In this document: positions 1 through 15,100 of the stretch, one piece after another
Layout of the letters: each line of letters starts with the position of its first letter
Numbering within the stretch: position 1 is the first letter of the stretch
DNA from: Ascidiella aspersa
Lineage: Eukaryota
Reading direction: 5' to 3'
Length of the DNA: 64,000 bases
Assembly: GCA_963924565.1 (NCBI GenBank)
Contig: OZ004607.1
Span: forward strand, 28,024,001-28,088,000
Position numbers and translations under genes: made by a program
Notes under the pieces: model-generated
Told to the model about the DNA's origin: nothing
What the model saw: the letters and a program-made list of their open reading frames with translations, nothing else
The model's database searches: none

Positions 1-177
1 GTAACGGTGAAGCGTTACGTCATAAATAAACTTGGTTCCCATCTGTGGCACTTCTAATTCAAAAAGTGGCTGTACAAAGAAACAGATGTTTTTCAAAGAC
101 AACCAGAACAAAAAACACGTTTAAAACGCAAACAACCTTTGTCAAAGGCAGAAACTTTCCATGCATTAATCCCATAC

Positions 178-3100
178 CTCGTGAATTTCGCCGCTCTCGT
201 CTTTGCAAGCGCAATCCATCGCTTCAACGCATTTCCCGTCTTCTCCCATGACCTTGGTGCCCGGGCATCCACATCCGGGAGTGCAGATCCTGGTCGTGAT
301 GCAGAGCTCGCCGTCGTCCAGGAAGTTGCACTTGCGCGGGCACGGGTTGTAGCAGTGAACCGGTTCCTGGCCGTCGGGGCAAGCTGCAGAGAGTTGACAC
401 ATATTATAAATTGCGCTCTGGAAAGGTAAATGGTTTTAGACACACTGTCTTTAGGGCGTGGGGCATAATAAGACTGTAGTATTTCAAGCAAATATGGCAG
501 CGCTCTACCCTAACAGTATAGCAATCCGGAACTTTTTCCATTCAATTCAAATAATACGGTAGTATTTTTAAGTATTCTAGCTTGGAAATACTGTTGCCCT
601 TGGCATGATTCTGTAAGACCATATGTAAAACCACTGCCTTGATCGGGATGAGTGTAACAGAGAGCAATAGACTTTATTTCGATGAAAACCTCTTGAGTTC
701 TTCTCGAAAAGTTCTACCCCTTGGTAAAGCGACGGTACCTGTCCGGTATGGCCGGAGGTCGTGAGTTTGAACCTCACTGCATGCTAGTTGTTTTCCAGCT
801 ATTTTTGCTTGCATCTTGATCGACTTATTCGGTTAATCTATCGAAGGCTATCGGTGTACAATGATAAAGAAGCCATTATCATTGATCGAAAATTTACTTA
901 GGCGGGCTAGTTCACAGTTGTTGTACACGTATTTGAATATGTATCTTTCATTGATTATTTAGGTTTGTCATAATTTTGAAGTTCCCGCAACAAAGGATTT
1001 GCTGGTAAACATAAAGAGTGTGCAGTGTTGAAGCACTTACCCATTGTAGTGGTCGGTTCTGGCGTTGCCACGGTGGTGGTAACAGGCTTTGTTTCCTGAA
1101 AAGCAAAATTAATGTTTTCGAATATCAAAAAATCTTACAAACATGGTCAAGACTTGATGGCAAAATTGCTCATTCAATTATGTCAAAATTTTAACACTTT
1201 TATAGTTCCAAGTGGAAACATACACCTTTATTACCTCAGTCAATTGTCACTAAGCAGTTTTACTTGCATAAATCTATCGGGTTAGGCCACCAAATTTCAT
1301 TGGGTAAAGCGTTACCATGGTAGTGGTCGGTTCGGTTGCAGCTGGACTGGTCGTGGTCACCACAACTCCAGGCGTGGTCGTAGTCTCTTCCGGTTGGCAA
1401 GGATCCCCGGTGCATTTTAGCTGGCTTGCAACGCAGGTGCTGTCAAACGAACAAAGAAGTTGTTAAGAGAGCGTCATTTGCTTCTATTCAGCATACAGCC
1501 AATTTATGCCAATCTAATATTAACTTAATTTAACCGACTTTGTCAAATTTGAAAGGCGTAAGGCAGTTTGCTTCCGTGATATGTTTAGTCTTAATGATTT
1601 GCTTTTATAAACGTTGCTTGGAATTACATTTCAAACAAATCCATTGGTTCATTAATTGCTTTTAATGCAAATCAATTAACTTGCTATAGGGATAACCCGG
1701 ATTAGACAACGATGAATTTAACTAGGATCTGACTATTTACAAAAAATATTGTCGACAAAAGTTCGGCGAAATACCATATTGGAATAAAAGCATTTCAAAG
1801 TGACTGGCTTACAAAACTGGTTGTCTTAGCTAAAATTGTCCAATTTCCAGAAAATAAACCTTAATTAACAGTAAATTGTGAAGTATTTCGAATGCGTCCC
1901 CGACCAACACGCTTACTCACCACTGCATGCAGTTGTACGGGATCACGGCATCCGTTGGTATCACGAGGTCGCCGACCTTGCAAGGGCACTGCTGCCGCTC
2001 GATACAGCGTCCCTCGTGTTGCACGGTGCCGTTGGGGCAGTGGCATCCCTCCACGCAAGTATTGGAACACCCCTCGTCCTCGGCTTCGGTCCAGCAACCG
2101 GCTGAACAAGTGCTGCCGCAGGGCTGGTAGACCTTGCCCGCTTCGCACTGGACGCCTGTGTATGAGAGGTTGCGGCTTGAATATATGCAGCGGTTATTGA
2201 ACGCGTGGAGTTTGGTTAGTAGTCGGACAAGAAGTTTTTTTCGCGGACGAATGTTGTGCGAAATGATATAAATAAGGTTGGAAGTTTCTGTGGTTTACAC
2301 CGATTTGTAAGAATCAGCTATGGCCGGATTTTTATGCTTTCCCTAAGTTATGTTACTAATACAGTGGCTCAAACCAGTTTCTGGTTTTAATAACTTTAAA
2401 TTTTGTCGTACTGGTGATTCAGACCTATTAAAACTTCACAACAATAAAACATTTTTTTCAGGATTTTACACACGACAATAAACCTCACAAATGTGCCAAA
2501 AACTAAGAGTCAAAAACAAAGGTAGGCCTACATCTGAAATCGTGTTACGTCGGCTATTCTTAGAAAACAACTATCGTATTAAATTAAATGCAACAATCCG
2601 AAATTAAGACAGCTCATTTTTACGCAAAAAATCATTCTACTTTGCCCAAGACCGATGCATGTCAACATGTTTGTAGAGATCTGTCAATGTACATGATAAT
2701 AGTGTGGGAAAACAGGAACGGACAACAAAACAGGATGGCTTAACGCACTCACCACAGCTGCCCGTCGATCGCCAGGGAATGTGAACATTGACCTCGTTGC
2801 ACTCACGCACGTAAGCCGCAACGGCCGTACAAAGACACTCGCAGTCGCCGCCCCGATCACAGCCGCATGAGTCCCACAGGCACGACTGGTAGAAGGGTTC
2901 CGGGTCGACAAGGGGGTGACACTCCGAGAAGGGGCTCTCGCGCAGAATGCGGCACGCAAAACGCGCCCAGTCGGCCCTCTGGGGGCTGACGATGCAAGGG
3001 TGAACTGGGTCCTCGGCGGAACGGGGACAGGCACTGAATACCTTCCAGCTGTCGCCGAACACCCGGGTGTTGGTCTCGAGTTCACCTGCAGGTAAAGTGG

Positions 3101-6100
3101 GATCAAGTTTAAATAAAACGGTTATTGGGTGACACCTTTTAACGAATATATTTCTCAGACCTTGTTGTAAGCTAAATCGTCAATTCTGCACCACTGTTTC
3201 CTGACAGATTTCTATGTGGCCCACCAAACAATGTTATATTTAATTTAAAGCAAAAATATACAAACCATATTATGATATTTCAAAGGATTTATGCAATGTT
3301 ATTCACGAAATATTTTATTCTAGCGTTAAATTTGAGTCTTAAAGTTGATAATAATACCAAGTTTTATTTTAGTATCATTTCAATTACCAAGAAATAGGGG
3401 AATTTTAAACAAAAACTTGTACTTTATACACCTAATTGCTATTATACTGGCGAAATAAACGATATTTATCCTTTTTTTTTTCAACCAAACGTCTTAACAA
3501 ACATATTTTCAATAGAAACATGTAACTAGCCATTGCGTCTTACGCCAATACTACACAAACCTTGTCTGGTTTTGAAATCGTTGAGTGCGTTGCCATCGAA
3601 GTTGCCACAAAGTCCGCAAACTTGGCTCTTAAATTTGGGCTCGAGTTTGACGTACACACGCGTGCCGACATCCCACATTATCGTAAGACCGATCTGTTTA
3701 TGGAAAAACAACCCTCGTGAATACATGACTGTTAATTAAGAAAATATAATCAGTTAAAACCAATTAGGGCTGATGAAACATCGTTTCTTGAAGAGATCCA
3801 ATTTTGAACGCTAAAAATACATATTACATTATGTCGTTCATATAAGCACTCTTTGTCACTTACTGGTACTTCCTCTTCGATATATTCGTTTATCAAATAT
3901 ACTGATTTAGAGGTTGTATCTCAAAGGCAGACGTAGAACACACAGGGTAAGAACGACAAAACGAACAAATACAAGCCTAGACGTGATGTTAGTAGAGGTT
4001 TTACCGATGGAACAATATCAAGTTTTTCGTGTTTTTTTTAAGACTTAATAGTATCAGCAGAATCATTGGCGCACCTTCGTTTTGAGAATCATGAAGACGC
4101 CGGCCTGGAGGAAGCGGAAGTCTGCCTTGGGTGTGTCGGGTTTGGCGAATGGGTTCCTGGAAACGATCGGGTCCGAACCGCGGATCAGGTGGATCACGGA
4201 ATCGTACAAGGTGATCTGAGGGAAAGGTAGTCTCTTGTAAGGTGACACATTCAAAAGAGTTATTTTACAATTTTTCAAGGAAATATGATTTTGTATGCTA
4301 TTTGTCGTTTTTAAAAAATAATCGGCTTGGGGCAAATAGTCTAAAATTGGTGGATTAAACTTGGTTATATAAATAGTTCTTGATCAAACATATGTTAAAA
4401 CAAAACGTTCTTTAATGCCTATATTTTAAATTTTTTAAAATCAGTTGAAGTGAATACATTTTAGGGTTCCAAAATAAAGCATTGCAGATACAGCTGGTGA
4501 CGGCTACGATAAAAAATCGTTATACTCAGTGTTTTTAAGGTGTTTTGAGGCTTAAACGGTCCCTCAAAAAATAATCTGCTTCTGTAACCACAGCGGAAAA
4601 TTATATGTTAGTACTCAAATGAAATAGTTACAGACTGCGGTCCCCAAAGAATTATTTCGGTACTTCAAATTTTCTACGCAGTCAGCAAGCTAAACCTTCA
4701 AAAATAGCATAGTCATAACGACATTACATCAACGTATAAGAAAAGCTCTCGTCAAAGCTAACCGGCTGTTGCTTCGCTAAACCGCGTCAATCACGCAAGT
4801 CAGCCATTTTTCGACGACTTACCTTGACAGCTTTGGTACACGTGACGCCGCCGGTACTGCAGGGCACGTTCTCCACAGTCACACGGAAGGTGCCGACTCC
4901 GTCGCCGCAAAAGTCCTCTGCCAGCACGTACGTGCAGTCGCCATGGAACTCGTACTTCTTCTTGTCAAAGGTCTCGTAGTGAGGATCGCCGTACGCCGAG
5001 CAGTAGGCGGGACAGTCCCGATCGGTGCAGTCCCACTGCGAGTTCTTGCAGCGGCTGTACGGTACGGAATGAATCAATTTTGCATTTTGTTATTATAAGT
5101 TATTGATCAATAAGTGGGTATTTATTGCATTATTGCGTCAGGGTCTTACTTGGATTTTGTACCTGCGTATTACAATGTAAATTGCCCAAGTTTAACGAAA
5201 TGGACCTATCGCTATATTCCTGAAAAATAACTGTTTATCGGACTAACAAAATAGAAGTTGATTAGCGTTTTTTTTGCAATTTTTTAGCTATTTGTTCAAT
5301 GCAATATAGCACTATTTGATAATAATTGCTTTTAAAGTTTTACCAAAATTTATAAACATTGAACTCTTGCTCCAAACGATTTACTTTTAGTGCCCAAATA
5401 CGCTGCCGAAATGTCGGCTAGTATATTACGTTATGTAACAGATTCATTTCCGACTAAAATCCTAATTGAACCCAAAAACACATAGATTCCAAACTTTGCG
5501 ATAAAAAAATAGCAGCACTTCCATTAAACAACGCTATAAAAACAAAAATCACCCACCAGAAGTTGCAATCTTCTTTGACCCAAGAACCGTCGTTGTAGCT
5601 TCGTCCCTTGTGGTGGCAGGGGCATGCCTCGGGCTCTACACACTCGCCGTCGTTGTCGACTGTTCCGTTGGCGCAGGCGCAGCCCTCGTGGCATGCAACC
5701 GGCATGCATCTCATGTGCATGTTCTTGCAAGTGGTCTGGCACTCGGTGCAGTTGTGCCAGGTCTTGCCCTGCGCGTAAAAGCGATAGTTTGTTGTTTTTG
5801 TTGTCTTTTAACCTTAAGTTTTAACTTTTATGATGCTTTCTAAGTTTGAAAAAAATCACATTTTGTTTTAAGGACAAGTTATATCTAACTTAATTTTTAG
5901 GTTATAATTTTCTTAACTGTTAAATAAAAAACGCACAACATCAATATTAATTGAATTACTGAGTTTTAAAAATGAACAAGCTTTCTAAAGGGCTGAGTTT
6001 GAGAAAACACCTTGTGCTAGTGTTAAGATTTTGGGTTGTTGGAAACAGGAAAATCGCAACTATTCAAAAACGCAAAGGTTTCCATTGCAACAGTTACAAC

Positions 6101-9100
6101 AAGCGTAAAAATACCTGTTCGCAAACGTTTTCCTTCGTGCAACCGGCAATCTCGTGACACTTCCAAGCGCCGTTTTCACACCTGCATTGCTCGCAAAGAG
6201 AATCGCGCGTGTCTCCGTGCGTATAAGGCACGTTCCTGTATAACAACCGACAAATTGAAAACATGTAAACAATTATAAAAAAAAATCATGGAAAATTTGT
6301 CAAAAGATTTGTCAATCTATGACAGGGGTTGGCAACTGTGGCCGCGGCCCCAAAGTGGTCCTTTTAGCCATTTTCAACTATGGAAATACAATTGTTTTTG
6401 CGAAAGGCGATATGCATTCTGTGGCATCTAGTGCCGTGTGACTCATAAACTGTACAGTCTAAATTTTGTTAAATTAGACCAGAAAGTCGTTATTTCGAAC
6501 AATATGTGAATTTTCTTTTATGTGCCTGAATATGTGCGTCACCTATTCTTTTAATTGAAGTTTTGCAACGAAATACAATTTTGCGCAACCTTTTTCGCGC
6601 TACGCGCTATTAGACTGGAGCTGCAATATTAGCGCGTGATTTCGCTCGAGAACAACATACGTTTTTGCGATTAATTGTAATATGACGTAACTTTGTGACG
6701 TCATTTTTTAAAATTGCATGTCCCCAACCAAAACGAAATCCTGCATCCTCACCTGTTTTCGTAATGGTTTAACGGGTAGGCCTTAAATAGCTCTGGAAAA
6801 AGTATTTTGGGCCGCGACAAAAAAGTTTGTCGACCACTGATCTATTTTATGGTGATTGTATTTATTAACATCTCTTAAAGAACAAGTGAGCAGGTCCCAA
6901 ATCTTTTTTACTGCCCGCAGTTCGAAATCATCTATATGGTCTTACCTGTGGTAGCAGGAGCACTTCTGTACTTCGACGCAGGACTCAATGTAGGAATCGT
7001 AAACTTGGCCATCGGGACAACGACATCCCTCGACACATTCCGCACTCTGACATTATGTAAAATAAATATTATTTTTGGTATAAGCATTACAGTAATGAAT
7101 TCAAGTTCGGAAAAATGTATAGACTAAGATTCTTTGACACGCTAATTAAAATTAATGAAGATTCCATCGAAATATGTGGTCTATATAAGATTCCAAAACA
7201 ACGAGCAAATATCTTTATGTAAATTAAATTTTGCTAGATTATGTATTCATTCTTTTTAATAAAGGTTTGTGGTTTGTTAAAATCTTCATCTTGCATTTGA
7301 GCTGCAAACCTACTCTATATAAAAATCCATTTAATTCCTTGAAATTAACGCTAACTTTAATTTAACACAACGAACAGGTTGATAAGTCTGTATCGCATCC
7401 GAAAAAGCACCAAACTCGCACCTCGCCCATAGGCTATACACACTCACGAAAAAAGTCTTACCGAAGAGCACTGGTCCGCCGTTCCGTTGCTGAGCATCTT
7501 GCAAGTGATCTCGCAGTCGGCGCCGCCGCACTCGTCCCAGACCCGGCCGTTGGGGCAGCCCACTGTACAGCCAGACGCCTCACGCCAAGATGGAGTTCCA
7601 GTCACTGGGCTTCCAGCCAGCGAGCAAGCCCGGGCGTAGGCGCTCAGCACTGTGCACTTGCACGCTTCGGCGTCGGCGCTGAACTTGTGCAGACAGTGGC
7701 AGACGTCGTGCTGGCACATGGTCAGGTACGGCGCCGGGTCCACGATTAGGTTGCACTTCTGGAAGGCTCCTGCGTGGCAGGGTTCGGACAACATAATATA
7801 CGTTAAGGCGTGGTCACGCGCTGTATTACTGCTTTTCAGGGCTTAGAAGTGAATGAAGCTTATATACCTAAAAAAATATCCACACAAGGTGGAATTCATG
7901 GTACGTTCTTGCTCTTTGGGGTAGACACGATGTTAAACGATAAATAAATACGACTATTTTAAATAGCTTGCAATGCCGTGACGCATTGTATTATTGTGTA
8001 ACTCTGATCGGGGCTTAAAATACAACTCGGGCTCGTATTTAAATATAGCAAGTTTGAAGTCCTGCGTCGTGATGGGGAAACATTTCGATTTATTTTGTAT
8101 AAGGTATAGGAGCATGGATGCCTTTTAGACAAAGGTATTAAAAGTACTTGAATAGACCAGCTGACTATTCCAGGTTGTTTTTTACACATAAAGGGATTAC
8201 ATTTAAGCAAAGTTATTAAAAATATTTGAATAGATCAGCTGACTAATCCAGGTTGTTGTTTTTTACACATAGAGGGTTTTAAATACTGGTTTAACTCAAG
8301 AAGCAAACTTGCGAAACAAATCTACAGTATTTTGAATTATTTTAACAAAGGTAACACGCTGGTTTAAATAGTTAAAATAATTTTTGTTAGGTTTTTTGTT
8401 TATATATGAGATCGCCAAAATTGATTAATTATTCAAAAGTATATTTTGTGTTTTAACCAAAGTTGTTAATCACTAAATCGCTCATTTCAAAAAATTCGGC
8501 AGATCGTATAAACTCACCGAGTTTAAGTCCCTGACACATAACAGAGGCATGGGTGGCGTATTGGCTTGCGATGACGCACGCGTCCACGGTGAGGCCGGTG
8601 TTGGCCTCGTTCGCCTTGCACGTCACATCCGTCTTCCACGCGTTGCCGAATTCGCCAACGTCGACCGTGATGGCGCCAGAGGGCAGCGTGTAGTCGTCCA
8701 CCTGATTCAGGTTGTAGAGGCCACACAAGCCTTGCACCTGAAAGTTAAGTCAAACATTTCAGTTAACGATATTTTGGTTTTTAACACAATTTTACGAGCA
8801 TAAAAGCAATAGGACAATGTCCGAGCATTTTGCGGGTTTTAAACAAACTTTAATGCTATGAAAAACAATAACAGCTTTTGGCTAGACTTCACAATTGGTA
8901 TGTTTTTTTTTTGTACAGTTGTACCAACAAAGCAAGGCACCAAGATGAATTTCGCATTAACTTAAAAGCGAGTGTTTTGAGAAGGAGAGGTCAAGATAAA
9001 AACTCTTGAGTTAACTATGTTCAGGATTGAAAGGGTTTGCATAAAAGAATAGAAAATATTAGCACGATGCTTACGTTGATCACATGAAAACAACCCGCGG

Positions 9101-12100
9101 TTTCCCCGGTGGGCACATAATTATTTTTTCATTGAAGCATAGTTAACATTGGGAGTATACAACAAACAAATATAATAAAAATAAAGGTAATAAAGTGTCC
9201 AATTCAATTTTATTTAAAAACATTTTGTACTTTTTTATTATTTCAAACATTGATGTAAACCTGCTTTAAGGCTGAACTTTACCAATCTGGGCCCTCCGAT
9301 GGTTTAATTAGGCAAACGCTCAATATGCTAGTTTAAATAAAACACTCAAACGATTGTGGCAGAGTTTTTCTTTTATAACGGGGTCAAAACTTAAAAAACT
9401 GTTAAACAATGATCAAGAAAATTTTTATCCTATATCGGATAGATTATCCTATATCGGATGGCTCTCGCAGAGATTCACAATGCAAAATTACTTTAAGAGC
9501 CTCACCCGATTCTTGAAAGAGGGATCTAGCTTGAGGTAGACGCGGTGCTCTCCGTCCCACGTTAGCTCGATCCCGGATTCAGTTCGCATCCGGAGGAAAG
9601 AGGAGGAGAGGCGGCGAAAGTGGACGCCGATGTCGCTGTCGTCATGAGGAAGTTCCAGGAGGTCGCCTCCCCTGCGGACTCTTCCGTTCATCTCGAAGCT
9701 GGACAGAATGACAAGTAGAAAAAAAACGGAACTTTAATACCTGGGTAAAACCAGAATCCGACATTTTTTCGAATTGAGGAACTGACGAGTGACGATGCCA
9801 GTATAGGGGAAATATATATTCCTTTAGCAAAATGTCTGATCTTAGTTTTACTTTTTTTTAAACTTTGAGTTTTATTTGTTTTTTATACGTGTCAGCGGAA
9901 AAGTGATCGACAAGCACAAACCTACTGCCAATGGTTTTGGATTCCATAAAGATACGCCCTTTCATACAAGTAGATAAGTTATTAACGGAACTGGCATAAA
10001 TTGTTTTAAATTAAAAAAAATGAAAACCTATACAATAGAATCGAGGTGACCAATTGAAAAATTGGGCAAACGGAAAACGTCTAACTTGGGTTTAATATTC
10101 TGTATAACTTTTGTAAGCAAATGTTCTAGACTAGAGAATAACGACAGAACTGCAAGTAGATAAGTATGTAATAGAGCTGTCATAAACGTTTTAAATATAT
10201 AAAAACGAACCTGTACAATAGAATCAAAGTGACAACCTGTAAAATAGAATCAAGGTGGCGAATTAAAAAAGTGGGCTAACGGAAAACGTCTAACTTGGGA
10301 TTAACATTCTGTATAACCTTTGTAAACCAAGCAACGCTTGAAATAGATCCCATCAAATACAAATCCTGCCTAATTCTCCAAGGACAAATTTCTAAAAGAA
10401 AAACAATACCGCGCAAATTTGTTAGACTGTAGAAAAAAAGACTTATTCGTCCACCCAGACTTTTTTGACCTCGATCGCATCTCACGTTAGGATTTGTAAC
10501 ACAGAAGCGGTTACCGCATGATGTATAACAAAAAAACAGTGGGGTAAAAATGCACAAAACTGGTTACAACACGAAAGCGGCGTCCTTTGAGCGTCGCTAC
10601 GTTTTTGAAGGTCTACAGGTGCGTTCTGTTTTGAAAAAGATTAAGAAGCACTGGTCTAGAAAAATAGCGTACCGGTATAACGTTAACTTTTCAAAACTCA
10701 GGTACATCTGGCATTAACCATAGGCGAAACAACTTCACCAGATCTCCCGCGCACATAACGACCAATCAAATGCCAGACGACCAGACGACTATTGTCCCTC
10801 ATTAAAGACATTCAGCTAAGTTCGCCGTGTAAACGAGCCTAACTATGACTTACGTGTAGACTTCTCCTTCCCAGAGCTTAATGGAGAGCGTCTTTCGGCA
10901 AGGCGCGCTGTCGTAGAATCCGCACCCGGTGTTCTGGATCCAAATGGCGAAGGGACGGTCGTCACCCATGCGCGACTGGGCCAGCACGTACTCACAGCCA
11001 CCGGCGAACTTCAAGACATTTAATGTTGCGGTTATTAGTAATTTACTCTATCTACACAGTGTCTCCAACATTTTTTTTAATTTTTTTTTTTAGGCTTACC
11101 CCTTACCTATACTTTCGACTGACCATAACCAGTTATTTTGCCAAACTAGGCCTACGTTTATCAATTCTGACAAAATCTAAAATCAATTTGAATACTATAT
11201 TGCAGTCGACTAAAATAAATAGAAATGCTTAAACACAAAAAATTAAATTTAACAACTGCTGCTTTTGTTTGTGTTTTAGTAAGCAAGTCATAGAGGGTTA
11301 CTTATACTTTTCGCTAAATAAACATTAATATTAGCCGAACAGCAAACAAAGGAATTCTTCAGCAAAACTCAGCTCAATTTTCAACCATTGTTACGTAGCA
11401 TGATCACTAGGCCATTTTTTTCTCCTAAATAAACAATACAACGGCTACAAACAATGAATCTGTCCTAATAGCAACTGTGGGCGTGGCCCGGGAGGGCCTA
11501 ACGCCAATGCTGTGATAATGAAAATTGTTATCACCTGGTAGTTCTTGCCATCAAAGGTGATGTAGTGGTCTTCTCCTATCGCCGAACACAACGCTGGGCA
11601 TTCCTTCTCGGTGCATTGCCAACGGCCACCTTTGCAGGTGCTAGAAAACAAAAAATGGGCTATAGGCATGACGTACCCAAGTTGAATATCTTCTGCTATA
11701 AACGAGTTGGCCAAAATAAGCTGTAAGCTAGCCAATGCGTTAATCAACGTTGTTTTATTGTTACTAAACATACAAGTTGAGAAAACGTGTGTTATGCCAA
11801 ACAAAACGTGTCACAAGAAACAAAATGTGTCACAAGAAACTTCATAATAGACGAAAAACAACTATACGCTACACGGACCGCCAGTTCTAATCAATGACTG
11901 GCTACAAGAAGCCTAAAATTCACCAGTTATTGCAATCTTGTTTGATGACGTCGCCGTTCTGATAGTACTCGTCCGCTTTTGTACAAGGGCATTCGCTGGG
12001 TTTCACACACTGCTTTGTACCCTCGTCGATCACCGTACCTGTATTCATACATTAAGTCAAACAAAATAAAGTGTTTAATAGGGGAAATTAAGACCTGATG

Positions 12101-15100
12101 TTTCGTTAGCTACACAAATACTTAATCAAGGCAAAGTCAGTTAGTTTCAGGACAAATTCTTCTTGGCGTCGTGTCTCGAATTCACCCAAGACGTCATATT
12201 TATTATCTCCTTTGTCCCCATTTACGTTGATGTTTATCAAAGCCAAATGATAACTGGACTAACGTGATATTAGTTTGCATTTCTATTTGCATACCAATAT
12301 GAAATTGTTTTCCATTTGTAATCGACCATAAAGCTAAAGTTACCATTTTTAAACAGTAGCATCCATAACGCACTTTAAGCGTACAGCTTTTCATATTTTA
12401 CGAAAACCTAATAGCCCTCATTAATTTATGATACTGTGATGCATCGAAATGCTGTATATGTCCAAACTAATCATAAGTTATGGCAAACGTACGGCATACC
12501 CAAGATTAGGTTTACAAACGATGCCTTTTACAGCAACTCACCCTGTGGGCACTGGCACCCATCCACGCAAACGTTGTTGGGGCACTCCGAGTTGAAACCG
12601 TAGTTTTCACAGCTCTCCGGGCACGGGCTGCCGCACTCGCTGTACACCATTCCACTTGGACAGCTCACCGCTAAATATGTCGTACAATTGTTTTACTTGT
12701 TATATGGTAATTACAATTATATCAAGTCTGTTTAGTTAAGTTAAATTAGAACCGGGGAGGTCTGCTGGCCAGAATGCCAGTAACAGCAAAAAATTGACAC
12801 GATATAACAACAAATATTTTTTGGAGCATAATGGTTGGAGGTTGTCGCAAGATGTAATAAGAATATCAAAGCCCATACAGACGTAGGTATTTTTTTGAAC
12901 AAAATGCATTTTAGTCCTTAAGGGAAGTGAACGAGCTTCACATATGCGATCAATGTTCATGATTAAGTCAGATTTATGATTAAAAAATGGCGTGTACGTG
13001 ACATATTTATCGTGTAGAATCAAATTATATTTCTTATTTTTATCGGAAGAAAATAGGTAGCCGTTTTCACTTACGACAAACGCTGGCCGAACGCCAGTTG
13101 AGCACGACACGCTTGTACGCGCAAACACGCGAGTACTGAGTGAAGGCGTCGCAGTAAGAACTGCCCGCACAGCTGTCCATGACGCAACGCTGAACGTACT
13201 CCTGCATAGAAAACAAAACTATCGTAATGTGGACGTCAGATTTTTATTTATTTTTTTGTTGGTGTTGTATTTTTTTAGAAATCCATTTATTTTTTTATTT
13301 GGTACTGATATCACAATACTGTTATCTGTAGTAATAAAGACCTCTTTTACACACGTAACGTTAGTTATAGGTGGCATGGTGTGCTTCTGTATTAATTGTG
13401 TTTGAAACACTGTTTCATTTTTTTGTAAATTAAATCAAATAGATTACACCTTTACTTGCACGTTGATATCTATATCCAGGGTTTTTTTTAAGGTTTGGTT
13501 TGGGTGACCGCTAAGTAGTTTTAAGAGACCGGAAGTGTTTCATTTAAATACCAATAAGTTGCAAGTACAAAATTGGGGAAACCGCTGGAGAAATTTGGGG
13601 GACCATTTATTAGCTAATAGTAATAGCGTTTGGTTATGTTAGTAAATTCTGCATGAATCGAACAGACGGGGTTTTCGTTACATTGCAAATGATTTAGGTA
13701 CAACAATTTTTATATGAAATGAAAAGGCCCTTCCATCAACCCTATTATAATACCTGAGTTTCGACGACTTCGTGACATGCCTTGAAAGAATTGCCCAAAA
13801 GAAGACGACACTGGGAGTCGATCTTTGTGATCTCCTCCTGCGTTCGGGAGGAGCAGGGATGCGCAACATCCAGAGCGACCGGTTTGCAGGTGAAAGAACT
13901 CTCGTCGTCAGCAACGTGGAAGAAATTACCGAACTCAATCACGTTGTCGAAAGTCTGGGAAAATGTCGTTTTTTTTTTTTCCAAACTAAATAAGTAATAA
14001 ATTTGGAAATCACCTATATGTGGTTATTACCTATCATCACAATGGTAAACCTGTTATTGCTTGTTGTATAAATGATTTTAAATCCTTAATTTATTTAGCC
14101 GTTTTACAACGGCGCATTTTTTCCTTATTATTTCTCTTTAGCAATAGCCTCATTATATTTAAAATGCAAAAGATTTTTTAAAGGGACATGACCACGTATT
14201 GAACACCTATTATTTTGCTGTTTTGCTTATACCTTCACGTTGTTGGCAACGAAGTCGTCCTCCATTTTTCCGTTGTTGTTCCCGCATAGGCCGCACATGT
14301 CGCCATCGTACTCGTCAGGAACGGCCACGTAGACCGACTTGTCGTTGTCGAAGAAAACTCGAACATCTGAACGAAATAAATAGTTATAATGGTTTGGATT
14401 ATACAAACAAAAAAAATTAAATCCAAAAAGTTGTTGGATTCGTTCCTATATCGCAATCAGAAAGGAATATTGGCGGACGGGCTTGTAATATAAGGCTAAT
14501 AACGATCATATTGCAGTGTGATTTACTTTTGTGATTTCTGCAAATTCTCTTTTATTTAAATTTAGAATACTTATTCTACCAAAAAAGATTGGACTTGTAT
14601 CGAAAAATTCGACTTTTGACTAAAACTTATCACAAAAATTATGATATTAAACGCAGTTTAGACTTTATTGATCGACCATCGATTCTACTTTTTCGTAATA
14701 AAATGGTCTACTTTAGAAATACAAGAACTAAGAGAAGGCAATTAAATATAAATCAGTGTTGTAATGGCTTAAGTCAACGAAATTGTACTTAAGTCACTGT
14801 TTGACATGCAAGAACTTGACTTGAGTATTTCGGGCAAAATCATTTGACTTGTCCTAAACCTTTTGGGCAAATGACTTGACAAGTCTTATTTTACAAATCA
14901 CTTGTTTACAACACTGGCACAAATACAAAATGATAAGCGGTGCACAACTAGTTAAGTATATGACAGGTTCATGATTTCTATAAAAAAAATTGTCGATTGA
15001 TCCACGACTACGATTGCCATTAGAGTATATAGCTCACCTGTGAGCAATCGCACCACTGTGTATGAACCGATTTGTTCCAGAATGATCGACTGGTCTACAG

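Noticed and set aside
736-784. Possible micro-exon of gene 1
   Set aside because: It is not needed for phase and overlaps a tRNA/SINE-like remnant on the opposite strand.
712-785. Functional tRNA gene
   Set aside because: No intact acceptor or anticodon stems, and the B-box is mutated (GTTTGA).
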